DNA of 55,698 nucleotides from Candidatus Omnitrophota bacterium. GTDB lineage: Bacteria; Ratteibacteria; UBA8468; B48-G9; JAFGKM01. Below the pieces are notes generated by a model. It had not been told where the DNA came from and did no database searches. It saw only the letters and a program-made list of their open reading frames with translations. Position 1 is the first letter of the stretch. Every line of letters begins with the position of its first letter. The position numbers and the translations under genes are program-made. The stretch spans positions 1 through 55,698 of the forward strand of contig JAMWCJ010000003.1 of assembly GCA_023818645.1 (NCBI GenBank). The letters run 5' to 3'. Shown piece after piece: positions 10,486-22,140 of this stretch.

Positions 10486-10935
10486 TTATTCTTTCAAATA
10501 TTTTAAAAAAAATAAAATAATACCTATTGATACAAAAACATCTGCAAGGTTAAATACCGGGAAAAAGTGAAAGTTTATAAAATCAATCACATATCCATAT
10601 TTTATTCTATCAATTAAATTTCCAGTAATTCCTCCAGCAACCAGTCCTAAACAGAATTTGTGATATTTTTCAAATTTAAAAGTATAAAAAAAAATAAAAA
10701 AAATTGCAATTAAAGAAAAAAAGATTATAAAAATTTTTATTTTTTCACTACTAAATAAACCAAATACTATTCCTTTATTTTTAACAAGTGTTAGAGAGAA
10801 AAACCTTGTTATATATATATTTTCTCCAAATTTTTTTAGTAGATTTACAATATAAAATTTTGTAATTTGATCGAAAAAAACAACAAAAAAAGTAGTAATG
10901 AAGAAAATATTTGAAAATAGTTTATTTTTTTCCAC
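10486..10935 (-). CDS. lspA: Lipoprotein signal peptidase II
   Basis: 149 aa with 4 TM segments, DQITK, GNLIDR and FNLADVFVSIG motifs. Confidence 0.9.
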   Translation of the reverse strand: MEKNKLFSNIFFITTFFVVFFDQITKFYIVNLLKKFGENIYITRFFSLTLVKNKGIVFGLFSSEKIKIFIIFFSLIAIFFIFFYTFKFEKYHKFCLGLVAGGITGNLIDRIKYGYVIDFINFHFFPVFNLADVFVSIGIILFFLKYLKE

Positions 10936-11278
10936 TTTTTTCTCTTTCGGTTTGACATTTTATGCAAAATCTTGCATAAGGAAGTGCTTTTAATCTTTCT
11001 TTTGATATTGGTTGTTTACAGTTGTCACATTTACCATAAGTTCCTTCTTTTATTTTTTTTATAGCAAGATCAATCTCTACAAGTATTTTTCTTTCAGAGT
11101 TGGAAAGCCCTACTTCAAGATCTTTTTCAAATTCATCTGTTCCATAATCAGCAATATGTGTTGGAACCCCTTTTTCTCCTTTTTCAATTACTTCCCTTGC
11201 ATATGACAAATTTTTTAAAATTTTTTCTTTTTCTTTTTCAAGTAAATCAAGATAGTATTTTTTTTCTTCTTTTTTCAT
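10922..11278 (-). CDS. DksA/TraR-family C4 zinc-finger protein
   Basis: CDNCKQPI...ARFCIKCQ zinc finger with an upstream coiled coil. The likely start is the ATG at 11278 (GAGG SD upstream); the track ORF extends to 11302. Confidence 0.75.
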   Translation of the reverse strand: MKKEEKKYYLDLLEKEKEKILKNLSYAREVIEKGEKGVPTHIADYGTDEFEKDLEVGLSNSERKILVEIDLAIKKIKEGTYGKCDNCKQPISKERLKALPYARFCIKCQTEREKSGKK

Positions 11279-11291
11279 ATTTACCTCGCAT

Positions 11292-11705
11292 TTACAAATC
11301 AAAAATTATTGTTGTTTTATATTTACCGCTAATCTTTTCTATTTTTAAATTATGGTATGTCGCTGCTTTTATTTCCTTTTCTATATCCTTTATTTTCTTC
11401 ATTATAAGTTTAACAAAAAGATTATATTTATTATTTTCTCTTTCTATCTTTAATTGTTCTATTTCTCCAAAAATTTTCTTTGTTTCTGCATAATATATCA
11501 TCTCATTTAAAAACTTAACAAGTAAATTTTCAAGTTCTTCTTCTTGAATTCTTATTTCAACAGTATTTTCTATGTTATTAAGTTTAATTCTCATTATTTC
11601 ATATAAACCTTTTAATGAATTTATAAAAAGTTCCTCTATTGTTCTTCCATATACATTTACTCCTATATCAGCAGTATGATTTATAATTTCAATGTTTTTA
11701 TTCAT
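11292..11705 (-). CDS. Archease
   Basis: N-terminal [16 protein letters not shown] and C-terminal [10 protein letters not shown]....IIFDL match the archease pattern. Confidence 0.7.
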   Translation of the reverse strand: MNKNIEIINHTADIGVNVYGRTIEELFINSLKGLYEIMRIKLNNIENTVEIRIQEEELENLLVKFLNEMIYYAETKKIFGEIEQLKIERENNKYNLFVKLIMKKIKDIEKEIKAATYHNLKIEKISGKYKTTIIFDL

Positions 11706-14133
11706 TGTTTTCTTTCTCTACTTTTGTTATATCTGTTATTTTATCGTCGTTAGGAAGATTTATAAGTTTCACACCAATTGTATTTCTTCCAACAATTCTT
11801 ATATCAGAAACTCTAATTCTTATAACAATTCCTTTTTTTGTAGTAATAATTATTTCATCTTCTTCTGAAACAAGTTTAGAACTGACGACTTCTCCATTTT
11901 TTGGACCAGTTTTTATATCTATAACTCCTTTTCCTCCTCTATGTTGAACTTTATATTCTTTTACTAATGTTCTTTTCCCATATCCCTTTTCACACACAGT
12001 AAGAAATGACATATTCTCTTCTTCAGGTTTTACAATCTCACAACTAACAACTTCGTCATTTTGTTTTTTAAACCTTATCCCTACAACTCCAAAAGCATCT
12101 CTACCAACAGGTCTTACTTCTTTTTCCGGAAATCTAATACTCAATCCTTTTTTAGTACTTAAAATAATATGATTATTACCATCTGTTAGTTTGACATCAA
12201 TAAGTTTGTCATTTTCCTTTAGACCAATCCCAATTATTCCACCTTTTCTCGGTCTACTATATTTTTCAAGTGATGTTTTTTTAACAAGTCCATTTTTAGT
12301 TATCATTATTAAAAATTTTTCTTTTGAAAATTCCTTTACTGGTATAACAGCAGAAATTTTTTCTCCTGGTTCTATCTTTAAAAGATTTATTATTGGTTTT
12401 CCTTTTGATACTCTGCTTCCTTCTGGAATTAGATATCCTTTAAGCCAGTAAACTTTGCCTTTGTCAGAAAAAAATAAAATTGTATCAGTTGTTGTTGTTA
12501 AAATAAGATGTTTTATAAAATCTTCTTCTTTAGTTGAAGCCCCAATTAATCCTTTCCCTCCCCTTCTTTGTCTTCTGAAAGAATCGAGTGCTGTTCTTTT
12601 TATATAACCTTCGTAAGAAATTGTTACAACAATATCTTCTGGTCTAATTAAATCAATATCTTCAAATTCTTCTATACTTTCAACTATTTCTGTTTTTCTT
12701 TTATCTCCAAACTTTTCTTTAATCATCAAAAGTTCGTTTTTTACTATTTCTTTTACTCTTATTTGACTTTCAAGAATTTCTTTATAATCTTTTATTTTTA
12801 ACTCAATTTCATCTTTTTCTTTCATTATTTTTTCTCTTTCTAAACCCGTTAATCTTGATAAAGTCATAGTTAGTATTGCATTTGCTTGAACTTCTGTGAT
12901 TTTAAAAGTTTTTATTAACTTTTCCTTTGCTTCGTCTACATTTTTAGAATTTCTAATTAAATCAATAGTTTTATCAAGATTGTCAAGAGCAACAATTAAT
13001 CCAAGAAGGATATGATGTCTTTCTTCTGCTTTTCTAAGATCATATTTAGTTCTTTTTATAACAATTTCTTCTCTAAAATCTATAAATAGTTGGAGCATTT
13101 CTTTAATATTCAAAAGACGGGGTTGTCTATTAACAAGTGCAAGATTGATTATTCCATATGAAGTTTGCAGTTGAGTGTGTTTATAAAGTTGATTTATTAT
13201 TATGTCAATATTTTCATTTTTTTTAGTTTCAAGAACAACTCTTATACCAGATTTATCCGATTCGTCTCTTACTTCACTTACACCCCCAATTTTCCCATTT
13301 TCAATAAGATTTGCTATTTCTTCAACAAGGTTTGCTTTATTTACTTCAAAAGGGATGCTTTTTATTACTATATTTACTTTATTTTTTTCTTCTTCAACTT
13401 CAATATGTCCCCGCAAAATAATTATTCCTTTTCCTGTAGTATATGCATTTTTAATTCCTTCTCTTCCACATATCATACCACCTGTTGGAAAATCTGGTCC
13501 TGGTAAGACCTCCATTAATTCTTCTATTGATATTTCTGGATTATCAATAAGTCTTATTAATGCGTCTATCACTTCTGATATATTGTGAGGAGGTATATTT
13601 GTAGCCATTCCAACCGCTATTCCTGATGAGCCATTTATAAGAAGATTAGGAATTTTACTTGGCAAAACAGTCGGCTCCATTAAAGATTCGTCAAAATTAG
13701 GCACAAACTCAACTGTTTCTTTTTCAATATCTGCAAGCATTTCCATAGTAATTGGTGCAAGCCGTGCTTCTGTATATCGCATAGCCGCTGGCGGATCTCC
13801 ATCAATAGAACCAAAATTACCTTGTCCTTCAATCAATGGATATCTTAAAGAAAAAGTTTGTGCCATTCTTGCGATTGATTCATAAATTGGAGCGTCTCCA
13901 TGGGGATGATATTTACCCATAACTTCTCCTACGATTCTTGCAGATTTTTTGAATGGCTTACCTGGTTCTAAACCAAGTTCAAACATTCCATATAGAATTC
14001 TTCTATGAACTGGTTTTAATCCATCTCTTATATCTGGTAATGCTCTTCCAATAATAACACTCATTGCATAATCAAGGTAAGACTCTTTCATTTCTTCTTC
14101 TATTCCGACAATTCTTATTTTTTCTCCTTCCAT
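11698..14133 (-). CDS. gyrA: DNA gyrase subunit A
   Basis: [28 protein letters not shown] and AAMRYTE (catalytic Tyr), plus a C-terminal beta-pinwheel region. Confidence 0.95.
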   Translation of the reverse strand: MEGEKIRIVGIEEEMKESYLDYAMSVIIGRALPDIRDGLKPVHRRILYGMFELGLEPGKPFKKSARIVGEVMGKYHPHGDAPIYESIARMAQTFSLRYPLIEGQGNFGSIDGDPPAAMRYTEARLAPITMEMLADIEKETVEFVPNFDESLMEPTVLPSKIPNLLINGSSGIAVGMATNIPPHNISEVIDALIRLIDNPEISIEELMEVLPGPDFPTGGMICGREGIKNAYTTGKGIIILRGHIEVEEEKNKVNIVIKSIPFEVNKANLVEEIANLIENGKIGGVSEVRDESDKSGIRVVLETKKNENIDIIINQLYKHTQLQTSYGIINLALVNRQPRLLNIKEMLQLFIDFREEIVIKRTKYDLRKAEERHHILLGLIVALDNLDKTIDLIRNSKNVDEAKEKLIKTFKITEVQANAILTMTLSRLTGLEREKIMKEKDEIELKIKDYKEILESQIRVKEIVKNELLMIKEKFGDKRKTEIVESIEEFEDIDLIRPEDIVVTISYEGYIKRTALDSFRRQRRGGKGLIGASTKEEDFIKHLILTTTTDTILFFSDKGKVYWLKGYLIPEGSRVSKGKPIINLLKIEPGEKISAVIPVKEFSKEKFLIMITKNGLVKKTSLEKYSRPRKGGIIGIGLKENDKLIDVKLTDGNNHIILSTKKGLSIRFPEKEVRPVGRDAFGVVGIRFKKQNDEVVSCEIVKPEEENMSFLTVCEKGYGKRTLVKEYKVQHRGGKGVIDIKTGPKNGEVVSSKLVSEEDEIIITTKKGIVIRIRVSDIRIVGRNTIGVKLINLPNDDKITDITKVEKENNE

Positions 14134-14145
14134 CTCTTTCTCTTT

Positions 14146-16521
14146 TTAAATATCAAGATTTTTGACTTCTCTAGCATATTTTTCAATAAATTCCCTTCTT
14201 GGTTCAACAAGTTCACCCATAAGAACTGTAAATATTTCTTCTGCTTTAATAGCATCTTCAATTGTAATTTTTTTCAACCTTCTTGTTTGAGGATTCATTG
14301 TTGTCTCCCAGAGTTGTTCTGGATTCATTTCTCCAAGTCCCTTATATCTCTGTATTGTAAAACCTTCTTTTTCTTTTTCCTTTATTTTGTCATATATTTC
14401 AATAATTGAAAGTTTTTCCTCTTTGCCTTTTTCATCTCTTATTAAAAAAATTTTTTCAAAAACTTTATCTACTTTTGCTTTTATTTCTTCTAATTTTTTA
14501 AAAATTTTTTGTAATTCTTTTGATTCGTATATTTCAAAAAGTTTATATTTTTTGTCTTCACTTTTTGAAAAAAGATCAAATTCTTCGCCTTTTTGATTCA
14601 AATATTCAGTTACTTCTTCTTCATCGGTTAAAAATAGTTTTTCATTATTATATATAAGAAAATATGAAGGCGTTTTTTTATTTTTCTTGTAGAAAGAGAT
14701 TATTTTTTTAATATCAATACCTCTTAGTGACAATGTTCTAATTATTTCTGAAAGTTTTTTACTTATTTCAAAAATTGTAGGGATTTGTTCATTATATTCA
14801 ATCAATTTTGAATCGTAACTTACAAAAAGTTTCACTCTTTCTGCTGCAAATTGAACAAGAACTTTGTCTAATTCATTTTCTGTATTTATATAAAATTCTT
14901 TTTTACCTTTTTTTACCTTATAAAGTGGTGGTTCAGCTATATATACATATCCGTGTTTTATAAGGTCTGTCATCTGTCTATAAAAAAAGGTCAAAAGTAA
15001 TGTCTTTATATGTGCTCCATCAATATCTGCGTCTGTCATTATTATAATTTTATGGTATCTCACTTTACTTATATCAAAGTCATCTCCAACTCCTCCTCCT
15101 ATAGCACTTATCATTGTTTTAATTTCATCATTGTTTAGAACTTTTTCTAAAGATGCCTTTTCTGTATTAATTATTTTCCCTTTTAGAGGTAAAATTGCTT
15201 GAAATGTTCTATCTCTTCCTTGTTTTGCACTTCCACCAGCAGAATCCCCTTCTACTATAAATAATTCTCTTTTTTCTGGTTCTTTTGTTGAACAATCAGC
15301 AAGTTTGCCTGGAAGTGCTCCTGTTTCTAATAATTTTTTCCTTGTTAATTCTCTTGCTTTTCTTGCTGCTTCTCTTGCTTTTGCAGTTGCTATACATTTA
15401 TTTAAAATTTCTCTCCCTGCTTCGGGATTTTCCTCAAGGAATGTTAAAACACTTTCATAAATTATTCCTTCTACAATAAATCTAACTTTTGAATTTCCAA
15501 GTTTTGCTTTTGTTTGACCTTCAAACTGTGGTTCTGGTAACTTAACTGCAATTATTCCAGTTAAACCTTCTTTTACATCTTCTCCTGTTAAATTCATACC
15601 TTCGAGGAATCCATTATTTTTACCATATTCATTTAATGCTCTTGTTAATCCACTTCTAAAACCTGTTAAATGTGTACCACCTTCTCGTGTATTCACATTA
15701 TTTGCAAATGAAATAAGTGTTTCGCTGTAACCATCGTTGTACTGAAAAACAGATTCTACTTCTATATCTTCTTCTATTTTTTTTATATAAAAAGGTTTAG
15801 AGTGAAGGACTCTTTTATTTTTATTAAGATACTCAACAAATGAAATTAGTCCACCTGTATATTTAAACTCTTCCCTTATATTTTTTCTATCATCTAAAAA
15901 TGTAATTTTTATACCAGCATTTAAAAAAGCAAGTTCTTTTAATCTGGCAATTAATATATTTTCATCAAAAACTATTGTTTCAAAAATTTCTTCATCAGGT
16001 TTGAAAGTTATTTTTGTTCCAGTTTTTTCTGTCTTTCCTATAACTTTAAGGGGTGTAACAGGTTTTCCTTTTTCATATTTCTGGTAATATACTTTTCCAT
16101 CTCTTTTTATCTCAACCTCAAGATACTCTGAAAGTGCATTAACAACAGATACACCTACACCGTGTAATCCTCCAGAGACCTTATAAACTTTTTTGTCAAA
16201 TTTACCTCCTGCATGTAATGTAGTCATTACAACTTCTACAGCAGGTTTTTTTTCTGTTAAATGTTGATCCACAGGGATTCCTCTTCCATTATCTTCTATT
16301 GTTACAATATTGTCTGGATGTATAATTACATTTATCTCATCACAAAATCCTGCCATTGCTTCATCTATACTATTATCAACAACTTCAAAAACAAGATGAT
16401 GGAGGCCGCCTATTGATGTATCTCCAATATACATCGCGGGTCTTTTTCTTACTGCTTCAATCCCGCCAAGAACCTGTATTGATGAGGCATCGTAAGAACT
16501 AAGATTTCTTTTATCTTCCAT
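14146..16521 (-). CDS. gyrB: DNA gyrase subunit B (long form with Toprim insertion)
   Basis: [34 protein letters not shown], a Toprim EGDSAGG motif and the C-terminal [19 protein letters not shown]. The probable start is the ATG at 16521, 8 nt after a GGAGG; the track ORF starts at 16536. Confidence 0.95.
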   Translation of the reverse strand: MEDKRNLSSYDASSIQVLGGIEAVRKRPAMYIGDTSIGGLHHLVFEVVDNSIDEAMAGFCDEINVIIHPDNIVTIEDNGRGIPVDQHLTEKKPAVEVVMTTLHAGGKFDKKVYKVSGGLHGVGVSVVNALSEYLEVEIKRDGKVYYQKYEKGKPVTPLKVIGKTEKTGTKITFKPDEEIFETIVFDENILIARLKELAFLNAGIKITFLDDRKNIREEFKYTGGLISFVEYLNKNKRVLHSKPFYIKKIEEDIEVESVFQYNDGYSETLISFANNVNTREGGTHLTGFRSGLTRALNEYGKNNGFLEGMNLTGEDVKEGLTGIIAVKLPEPQFEGQTKAKLGNSKVRFIVEGIIYESVLTFLEENPEAGREILNKCIATAKAREAARKARELTRKKLLETGALPGKLADCSTKEPEKRELFIVEGDSAGGSAKQGRDRTFQAILPLKGKIINTEKASLEKVLNNDEIKTMISAIGGGVGDDFDISKVRYHKIIIMTDADIDGAHIKTLLLTFFYRQMTDLIKHGYVYIAEPPLYKVKKGKKEFYINTENELDKVLVQFAAERVKLFVSYDSKLIEYNEQIPTIFEISKKLSEIIRTLSLRGIDIKKIISFYKKNKKTPSYFLIYNNEKLFLTDEEEVTEYLNQKGEEFDLFSKSEDKKYKLFEIYESKELQKIFKKLEEIKAKVDKVFEKIFLIRDEKGKEEKLSIIEIYDKIKEKEKEGFTIQRYKGLGEMNPEQLWETTMNPQTRRLKKITIEDAIKAEEIFTVLMGELVEPRREFIEKYAREVKNLDI

Positions 16522-16548
16522 TAAAAAAACCTCCATTTTTAGTGTATT

Positions 16549-16577
16549 ATAATACCATTTTTTTTATTTTCTGTCAA
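16549..16577 (-). promoter_or_regulatory. Sigma-70-type promoter with extended -10 for gyrBA
   Basis: The minus strand reads TTGACA (16577-16572), a 17-nt spacer ending in TGg, then TATTAT (16554-16549). This is about 25 nt upstream of the gyrB start. Confidence 0.55.
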
Positions 16578-16834
16578 AAGAGTGTACAAACTGGGTATGT
16601 TAGTAGCACTTTTCCATTTTCGTCAAATTTATTTTTATATATATTTTTTATTACCAATTTTTTGTTTTTTGCATAGGGACTCAAATGGTATAAATTTACA
16701 AATATATCTCCAGCAAATTTCACCATCTTCTCCTTCCTATCTATATCTTTCAAAAAATGCAAACTGTTTCTATGCCTCTTAAATTTGAAGGTTAAATTAA
16801 AATAAATTAAAATATTTTAGGAAAAGAGGCGGTT

Positions 16835-17998
16835 ATGACAGGAAAAGAAAGGGTTTTGAATGCTTTTAACCATAAAGAAGGAGATTTTGTTCCTGTTTCT
16901 GACCAGTTAATTGTCTCAAAAGTTGCTTCTGAAATAATAGGAAGATATGCATATACAGGAGGTGGTGAATTTGAAAAGGATAAAATTGAACTTTTATATA
17001 AAAGAGAAAGAGATTTTTTAGTTGAAAGATATGTTGAAGATACTTTAAAACTTCATGAACAACTTGATTTAGATTTTATAAGAGTTGGTCTTGTTCCTTC
17101 AAGTGCCTATTCAATAGAAGATTTACCAAAAAGGATTGGAGAAAATACTTACTTATATGAAAATAAAGAAACAAAAAACTGGTCAATTTATAAATTTTCT
17201 GAATTATCTGGACAATTTTTTTGTCTTGATTCTTCAATAGATAAAGAAGGTTTTCCTGCTTTAGAAAGGGAGATTAAATATATAGAAAAAAAATTAAATG
17301 ATGATATTAAATTTGATGACAAAAGTATTTTTGAAGGTTGGGATAAAATTGTTGAGAAAGTTGGAGATAAAAAATCAATTGCATTTTCTGCTGGTATTTC
17401 AATACCAATGAGACAAGTATATCTTGAATCTATTATTTTAAAACCAGATTGGATAGAAATATATCTTGATTATAGAACAAAATGGACGATTGAATTTATT
17501 AAAGAGGCAAAAAAACATAATGCAGATTTCATTTTAGGAGGAGGAGACCTTGCAGATAAAAATGGACCAGTTTATAACCCGAATGTTTTTAGAAAATTTC
17601 TTATGCCAAGATATAAAAAAATACTTGATGTATGTAAATCTCTTGGCCTTTTTTATGTATATAGAAGTGATGGAAACACAAGACCTTTATGGAATATGTG
17701 GTTTTTAGAAATAGGTTTTGACGGATATGGTGAAATAGATAAATCTGCAGGAATAAAATTGAAGGAACTTAAAGAGAAGTATGGAGAAAAAATAACTTTA
17801 GTTGGGAATGTGGATTGTGCTAAGACGCTTGTATATGGGAATAAGGACCAAATATATGAAGAAGTAAAAGAATGTATTGAGGATGCAGCAAGAGGGGGTG
17901 GTTATATTCTGACTTCCTCAAATTCTATTCATTACAATGTTCCTGCTAAAAACTTTATATATATGGTAGAGGCAGCAAGAAAATTTGGGAAGTATTAA
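16835..17998 (+). CDS. Uroporphyrinogen decarboxylase (URO-D/MtaA-like) family protein
   Basis: 387 aa TIM-barrel-like protein with the family's typical N-terminus (ERVLNAFNHKEGDFVPV) and C-terminal GGYILTSSNSI. The substrate is unknown. Confidence 0.55.
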   Translation: MTGKERVLNAFNHKEGDFVPVSDQLIVSKVASEIIGRYAYTGGGEFEKDKIELLYKRERDFLVERYVEDTLKLHEQLDLDFIRVGLVPSSAYSIEDLPKRIGENTYLYENKETKNWSIYKFSELSGQFFCLDSSIDKEGFPALEREIKYIEKKLNDDIKFDDKSIFEGWDKIVEKVGDKKSIAFSAGISIPMRQVYLESIILKPDWIEIYLDYRTKWTIEFIKEAKKHNADFILGGGDLADKNGPVYNPNVFRKFLMPRYKKILDVCKSLGLFYVYRSDGNTRPLWNMWFLEIGFDGYGEIDKSAGIKLKELKEKYGEKITLVGNVDCAKTLVYGNKDQIYEEVKECIEDAARGGGYILTSSNSIHYNVPAKNFIYMVEAARKFGKY

Positions 17999-18006
17999 TT
18001 TATTGC

Positions 18007-19317
18007 CTAAATAATTTTTTTACCTGTCCAGCAGTAAAGACATAATTTTTCTTCCGGAATCCCAATACCTTTTACAAAATCCTCTATTGTATTATATTTT
18101 AGAGTATCTGCTCCTATTTTTTTTGCAATTTCTTCAATTTTATATTTTTTTGCTGCCAGTTCTTTGTAACTTCTTGTAGAAATATCATATAGACAGGGAG
18201 CAATTAAAGGAGGGCACCCTACTCTAACATGTACTTTTTTTGCTCCAAATTCTTTTAACTCAAGCACTTTATTTCTTATTTGAGTTCCACGAACTATAGA
18301 ATCGTCACAAAGAATAATATTTTTTCCCTTTACATTTGCTTCAATAACAGAAAGTTTTAATTCCGCTTCTTGCTCTCTTTCTTCCTGTGTAAGGGGTAAA
18401 TAACTTCTGCTTGCAAATCTATCAATCAAAAAAACTTCATCATAGGGAATTTTAGAACCTTTATGATAACCAAGCGCATAACCAATGCCAGAAAAAGGTA
18501 TTGCTGAAACAATGTCGGCTTCTACATTGTCCTTTTTTGCGAGAAAAAAACCAAGATTATTTCTTGCTTTTGCTACAGAGACGCCTTCAATTATTGAATC
18601 CATAGAAGCGATATAACCCCATTCAAAAGCACAGAAAGCAATTTTTGGACTTTTTATAATTTTTTGGGTCTGAATACCCTTTTCATTTATTAGAATAATC
18701 TCGCCAGGTTTTACATCCCTTATAATTTTAGCATCAAGAAAACTAAAAGGTCTTGATTCAGATGAAATTATATAATCATTACTACTTTTTCCAATAATTA
18801 GTGGTTTAAATCCATAAGGGTCTCTTGCAGCATAAATTCCATCTTTACAAAGAATCAAAACTGTATAGGATCCTTTTACTCTTTTTGAAAGTTTTTCAAG
18901 TCCTTCTACAAAATTATTGTTTTGAACAATTATTTTTGCAATAAGTTCTATTTGTGTATGACTGAAAAATGACTGCCCTTTATTTTTTTCTTCATTAAAT
19001 AATTGTTCAAAATTAATTACATTACCTGTAAAAGCGATAGAAAAAGTTCCTAATTTTGATTCAAGAGAAATTGGTTGCCTTTCTTTTAAACTTACATGTC
19101 CAATTCCATAGTTACCAATAAGTTTTTCTAATTCGAATTTTGTAAAAGAATGTCTTACAAAACCTTCATGGGTTATCAGATTGATTCCTTTATAATAAGT
19201 AGAAATTCCACAGTATTTTTGACCACGATGCTGTAATTTAAAAATTCCATAAAAAATCTTCTCGCTGCAATTTTTATTTGAGTAAATTCCAAAAACTCCA
19301 CAATTTTCCATATTCAT
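18007..19317 (-). CDS. purF: Amidophosphoribosyltransferase
   Basis: Short propeptide followed by CGVFGIY (Ntn Cys), a PRTase motif ILCDDSIVRGT and C-terminal Cys residues. Confidence 0.9.
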   Translation of the reverse strand: MNMENCGVFGIYSNKNCSEKIFYGIFKLQHRGQKYCGISTYYKGINLITHEGFVRHSFTKFELEKLIGNYGIGHVSLKERQPISLESKLGTFSIAFTGNVINFEQLFNEEKNKGQSFFSHTQIELIAKIIVQNNNFVEGLEKLSKRVKGSYTVLILCKDGIYAARDPYGFKPLIIGKSSNDYIISSESRPFSFLDAKIIRDVKPGEIILINEKGIQTQKIIKSPKIAFCAFEWGYIASMDSIIEGVSVAKARNNLGFFLAKKDNVEADIVSAIPFSGIGYALGYHKGSKIPYDEVFLIDRFASRSYLPLTQEEREQEAELKLSVIEANVKGKNIILCDDSIVRGTQIRNKVLELKEFGAKKVHVRVGCPPLIAPCLYDISTRSYKELAAKKYKIEEIAKKIGADTLKYNTIEDFVKGIGIPEEKLCLYCWTGKKII

Positions 19318-20021
19318 TTTTTCTCCTTTTTTATTTCATAAGTCAGTATTATTGCCTCAGCCACTTCTTTCATACTTATTCTTTTATTCATACTAAATTT
19401 TCTAATTTTATCATATGCCTGTTGTTCTGTTAAGTTTTCCTCCTTCATAAGAATGCCTTTGGCTTTTTCTATTTTTTTTCTTGTTTCAAGTTCTTCTTCA
19501 AGTATTTTTGTTCTTACTAAAAGTTCTGTATTTTCAATTACTATCGCTGCTTGATTTGCTATGGAAGAAATAATTTCTATTTCTCTTTCAGTAAATTTGT
19601 AAGGATATGTGGTATAAACATTCAAAACTCCTATTGCTTTATTTTTAACTATCATAGGAACTGACAACATTGATACAAGATTTTCTTTTTCAGCAATATC
19701 TCTATATTTATATTCTTTTTCTTTTCTAACATCTTCAACTATTATTGGTTTTTTTATTTCAAATACTTTACCTGTAATTCCTTCTCCTAATTTTAAAGGT
19801 GGTTTTTTCAAGTATTCATTACTCATTGCCTGTGTTGCTCTTATTTTTAAAACCTTTTCTTTTTCATCATAAAGGAATATTGAGCATATTTTTGATTTAA
19901 AAACTTCTGCAGTAACATTCACTATAAGTTTTAAAATATCTTCAAGATACATATCAGAAGTAATTGCACTACTGATTTTATAAAGTGCCTCTATTTCTTT
20001 ATTAATATTCTCCTTTTTCAT
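19314..20021 (-). CDS. GAF + ANTAR RNA-binding antiterminator-type regulator
   Basis: N-terminal GAF-like region and C-terminal ANTAR (IEKAKGILMKEENLTEQQAYDKIRKFSMNKRISMKEVAEAII). The ATG at 20021 avoids overlap with the upstream gene; the track ORF extends to 20054. Confidence 0.75.
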   Translation of the reverse strand: MKKENINKEIEALYKISSAITSDMYLEDILKLIVNVTAEVFKSKICSIFLYDEKEKVLKIRATQAMSNEYLKKPPLKLGEGITGKVFEIKKPIIVEDVRKEKEYKYRDIAEKENLVSMLSVPMIVKNKAIGVLNVYTTYPYKFTEREIEIISSIANQAAIVIENTELLVRTKILEEELETRKKIEKAKGILMKEENLTEQQAYDKIRKFSMNKRISMKEVAEAIILTYEIKKEKK

Positions 20022-20034
20022 TTTTATTTGTTTT

Positions 20035-21189
20035 TTACAGAAATAATTTTTCAAAGCTTTCTATAAAATATCTAAGGTATTTAGAAATTTCAGGATTAGT
20101 AAAATTGTCTACAAATGGTTGTCCATATTTATTCATTTCAGTTCCACATATTACAGGCATATTCATTTTTTGGCAAACAGTCATAAATTGATGAAGTTTT
20201 TTTATTTTTAATTTCTTTTCATCCTCGTTTTTTATGTTCCAGTTCCTCTCAGGTATTATTGTAATCCCTCTAATTCTTTTTGCTTTAAGTAATTCAAGTA
20301 AAGTTTCTGGATTTTTTTCCCCTTCATTTGTTCCATCCAGCCATGTACCAATGGGTAATCCACCACTTTTTTCTATTACTTCTACAACTCTATCAAAAGT
20401 TGGAAAATCAGCACTTTCAGATTTTATATAACCAGGGCCTCCAAATTTAATAAGTTTTTGTCTTATTTTTTCATATAAATCGCCTATATTTTTTTCTTTT
20501 AATTCAATAAATTTTTTATTTTCCATTTCCAGAATATCAGCCCAGAAAATATCTGCTTTTTCTTTCAAAAGTTCCTTTGATTTTATATAGTACGCATAGA
20601 TTATATGTCTTTCTGTAGGATTTTTTGATGGGGTTAGAGGAAGAACATCTTTTTCATAATCTATTTTTACATCTTTTAAATAATTATTAACTTTATCTAT
20701 AATTTTTTTATTTCTTTTCTGAGAAATCTCTTTTAAATCATCCAAAAATTTTTTCTCCAGAGTATTTTCTTCTGGAACCTTTTTAAATCCTTTACCACAT
20801 AAATAAAAAATTCCAGGTTCATTTGGAGAATTTATAACTTTCTCTTGCATCTCTCTTAAAAAAACTCTTGTTTCAAAACCGCTGGTTACTTTAAAATTTA
20901 ATAATTCACCAGCCCATAAAGTTTCTTCAAGTCCAGTTAGTGTATCAAAATCAACAGTTCCTAAATATAATAACCCTTTTTTCCATCCTTCAAAAATAAT
21001 TCTCAATGGAGACCAGTTTTTATAGTTAAAAGAATGGAATGTATGTATATGGGCATTAATAAAACCTTTAAATTCGTTATCTTTTTCAATTTTATTTTTT
21101 TTTATTAAATTACATAATTCAAGAAAACTTCTTTTTCTTGTCTCTATATTAAAATCAGAAAGAGATTCTAATAGTTTTTGGTTTTCCAT
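20035..21189 (-). CDS. PHP-domain metal-dependent phosphoesterase-like protein
   Basis: INAHIHTFHSFN...GTVDFDT resembles an N-terminal PHP motif; the rest is unassigned. The ATG at 21189 (MENQKLL) is more likely than the track's TTG at 21240, which sits inside a promoter-like sequence. Confidence 0.45.
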   Translation of the reverse strand: MENQKLLESLSDFNIETRKRSFLELCNLIKKNKIEKDNEFKGFINAHIHTFHSFNYKNWSPLRIIFEGWKKGLLYLGTVDFDTLTGLEETLWAGELLNFKVTSGFETRVFLREMQEKVINSPNEPGIFYLCGKGFKKVPEENTLEKKFLDDLKEISQKRNKKIIDKVNNYLKDVKIDYEKDVLPLTPSKNPTERHIIYAYYIKSKELLKEKADIFWADILEMENKKFIELKEKNIGDLYEKIRQKLIKFGGPGYIKSESADFPTFDRVVEVIEKSGGLPIGTWLDGTNEGEKNPETLLELLKAKRIRGITIIPERNWNIKNEDEKKLKIKKLHQFMTVCQKMNMPVICGTEMNKYGQPFVDNFTNPEISKYLRYFIESFEKLFL

Positions 21190-21255
21190 TTTTGTGAATA
21201 AGTTTTTTAAAATTTTACAATAAAATAGTATAATATTCAAAACGAAAGGAGAAAA

Positions 21256-21582
21256 ATGGGAGAAGGAATTGTAGTTTTGAATAGTGAAAATTTTGATGAG
21301 ACAATTAAAAATAATGAAAAAGTAGTAGTTGATTTTTGGGCAAGTTGGTGTATGCCATGTAAAATAGTCGCTCCAGCATTTGAAAATATTGCAAAAAAAT
21401 ATAAAGGTTCAATTGTTTTTGCAAAAGTAAATGTTGATGAAAATCCGGATATTGCTGCTAAGTTTGATATTATGTCAATCCCTAATTTTATAATCTTTAA
21501 AAATGGGGAGAAAATTGGTCAAATTGTAGGAGCGATGCCCGAAGAGATTTTAGAAGAAAAAATATTAAATTATTTCAAATAA
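21256..21582 (+). CDS. trxA: Thioredoxin (CMPC active site)
   Basis: VVDFWASWCMPCK motif, 108 aa, with a strong AAAGGAG SD. Confidence 0.9.
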   Translation: MGEGIVVLNSENFDETIKNNEKVVVDFWASWCMPCKIVAPAFENIAKKYKGSIVFAKVNVDENPDIAAKFDIMSIPNFIIFKNGEKIGQIVGAMPEEILEEKILNYFK

Positions 21583-22140
21583 TCAGTTATTCAAAATTAT
21601 TTTTTTAATTTTCTCAACTGTTTTTTTAATATCTTTGTTTATTAATCTTATATCATAAAATTTTAACAATATTTTTCTTTCTTCTTTTGATATTGATATT
21701 CTTTTTTGAATTTCTTCTTCATTCATATCTTTTCTTTCTCTCATTCGCCTTTCCTGTTCTTTTTGTGAAGGAGGCAGGATTCCAATTAAAAATACTTTAT
21801 CATTATAATTTTCTTTAATTTTCAATCCACCCTGTGTATCAATTACAAGAAGCATTTTTCTATTTCTTTTTAAATTTTCTTCTATTTCTTTTTTAGGGGT
21901 TCCATAATAATTACCATATACAATAGACCATTCAGCAAATTGATCATTTTTAATCATTTTTTTGAATATTTCTTCAGTCACAAAATTATAATCAATCCCT
22001 TTTATCTCACTTTTCCTTGGTTTTCTTGTAGTATAAGTTGTAATTATATCAATATCTTTTAACTCATTTTTTATTAATTTCTGTATTGTAGTTTTTCCTG
22101 TGCCTGATGGTGCAGAAAGAACAAATATTAAATGCTTCAT
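21583..22140 (-). CDS. gmk: Guanylate kinase
   Basis: SAPSGTGKTT P-loop, TTRKPRKSE and GIDYNFV motifs. Its stop codon abuts the trxA stop with zero intergenic bases. Confidence 0.9.
   Translation of the reverse strand: MKHLIFVLSAPSGTGKTTIQKLIKNELKDIDIITTYTTRKPRKSEIKGIDYNFVTEEIFKKMIKNDQFAEWSIVYGNYYGTPKKEIEENLKRNRKMLLVIDTQGGLKIKENYNDKVFLIGILPPSQKEQERRMRERKDMNEEEIQKRISISKEERKILLKFYDIRLINKDIKKTVEKIKKIILNN

Noticed and set aside
16574-16782. Two overlapping small ORFs of 62 and 66 aa in the gyrB / URO-D divergent region
   Set aside because: They have no convincing SD spacing or motifs. The region is better explained as divergent promoter/leader DNA (TTGACA-N17-TATTAT found for gyrB). A roughly 50-aa minus-strand peptide starting at MVKFAGD cannot be excluded, but I cannot support it.
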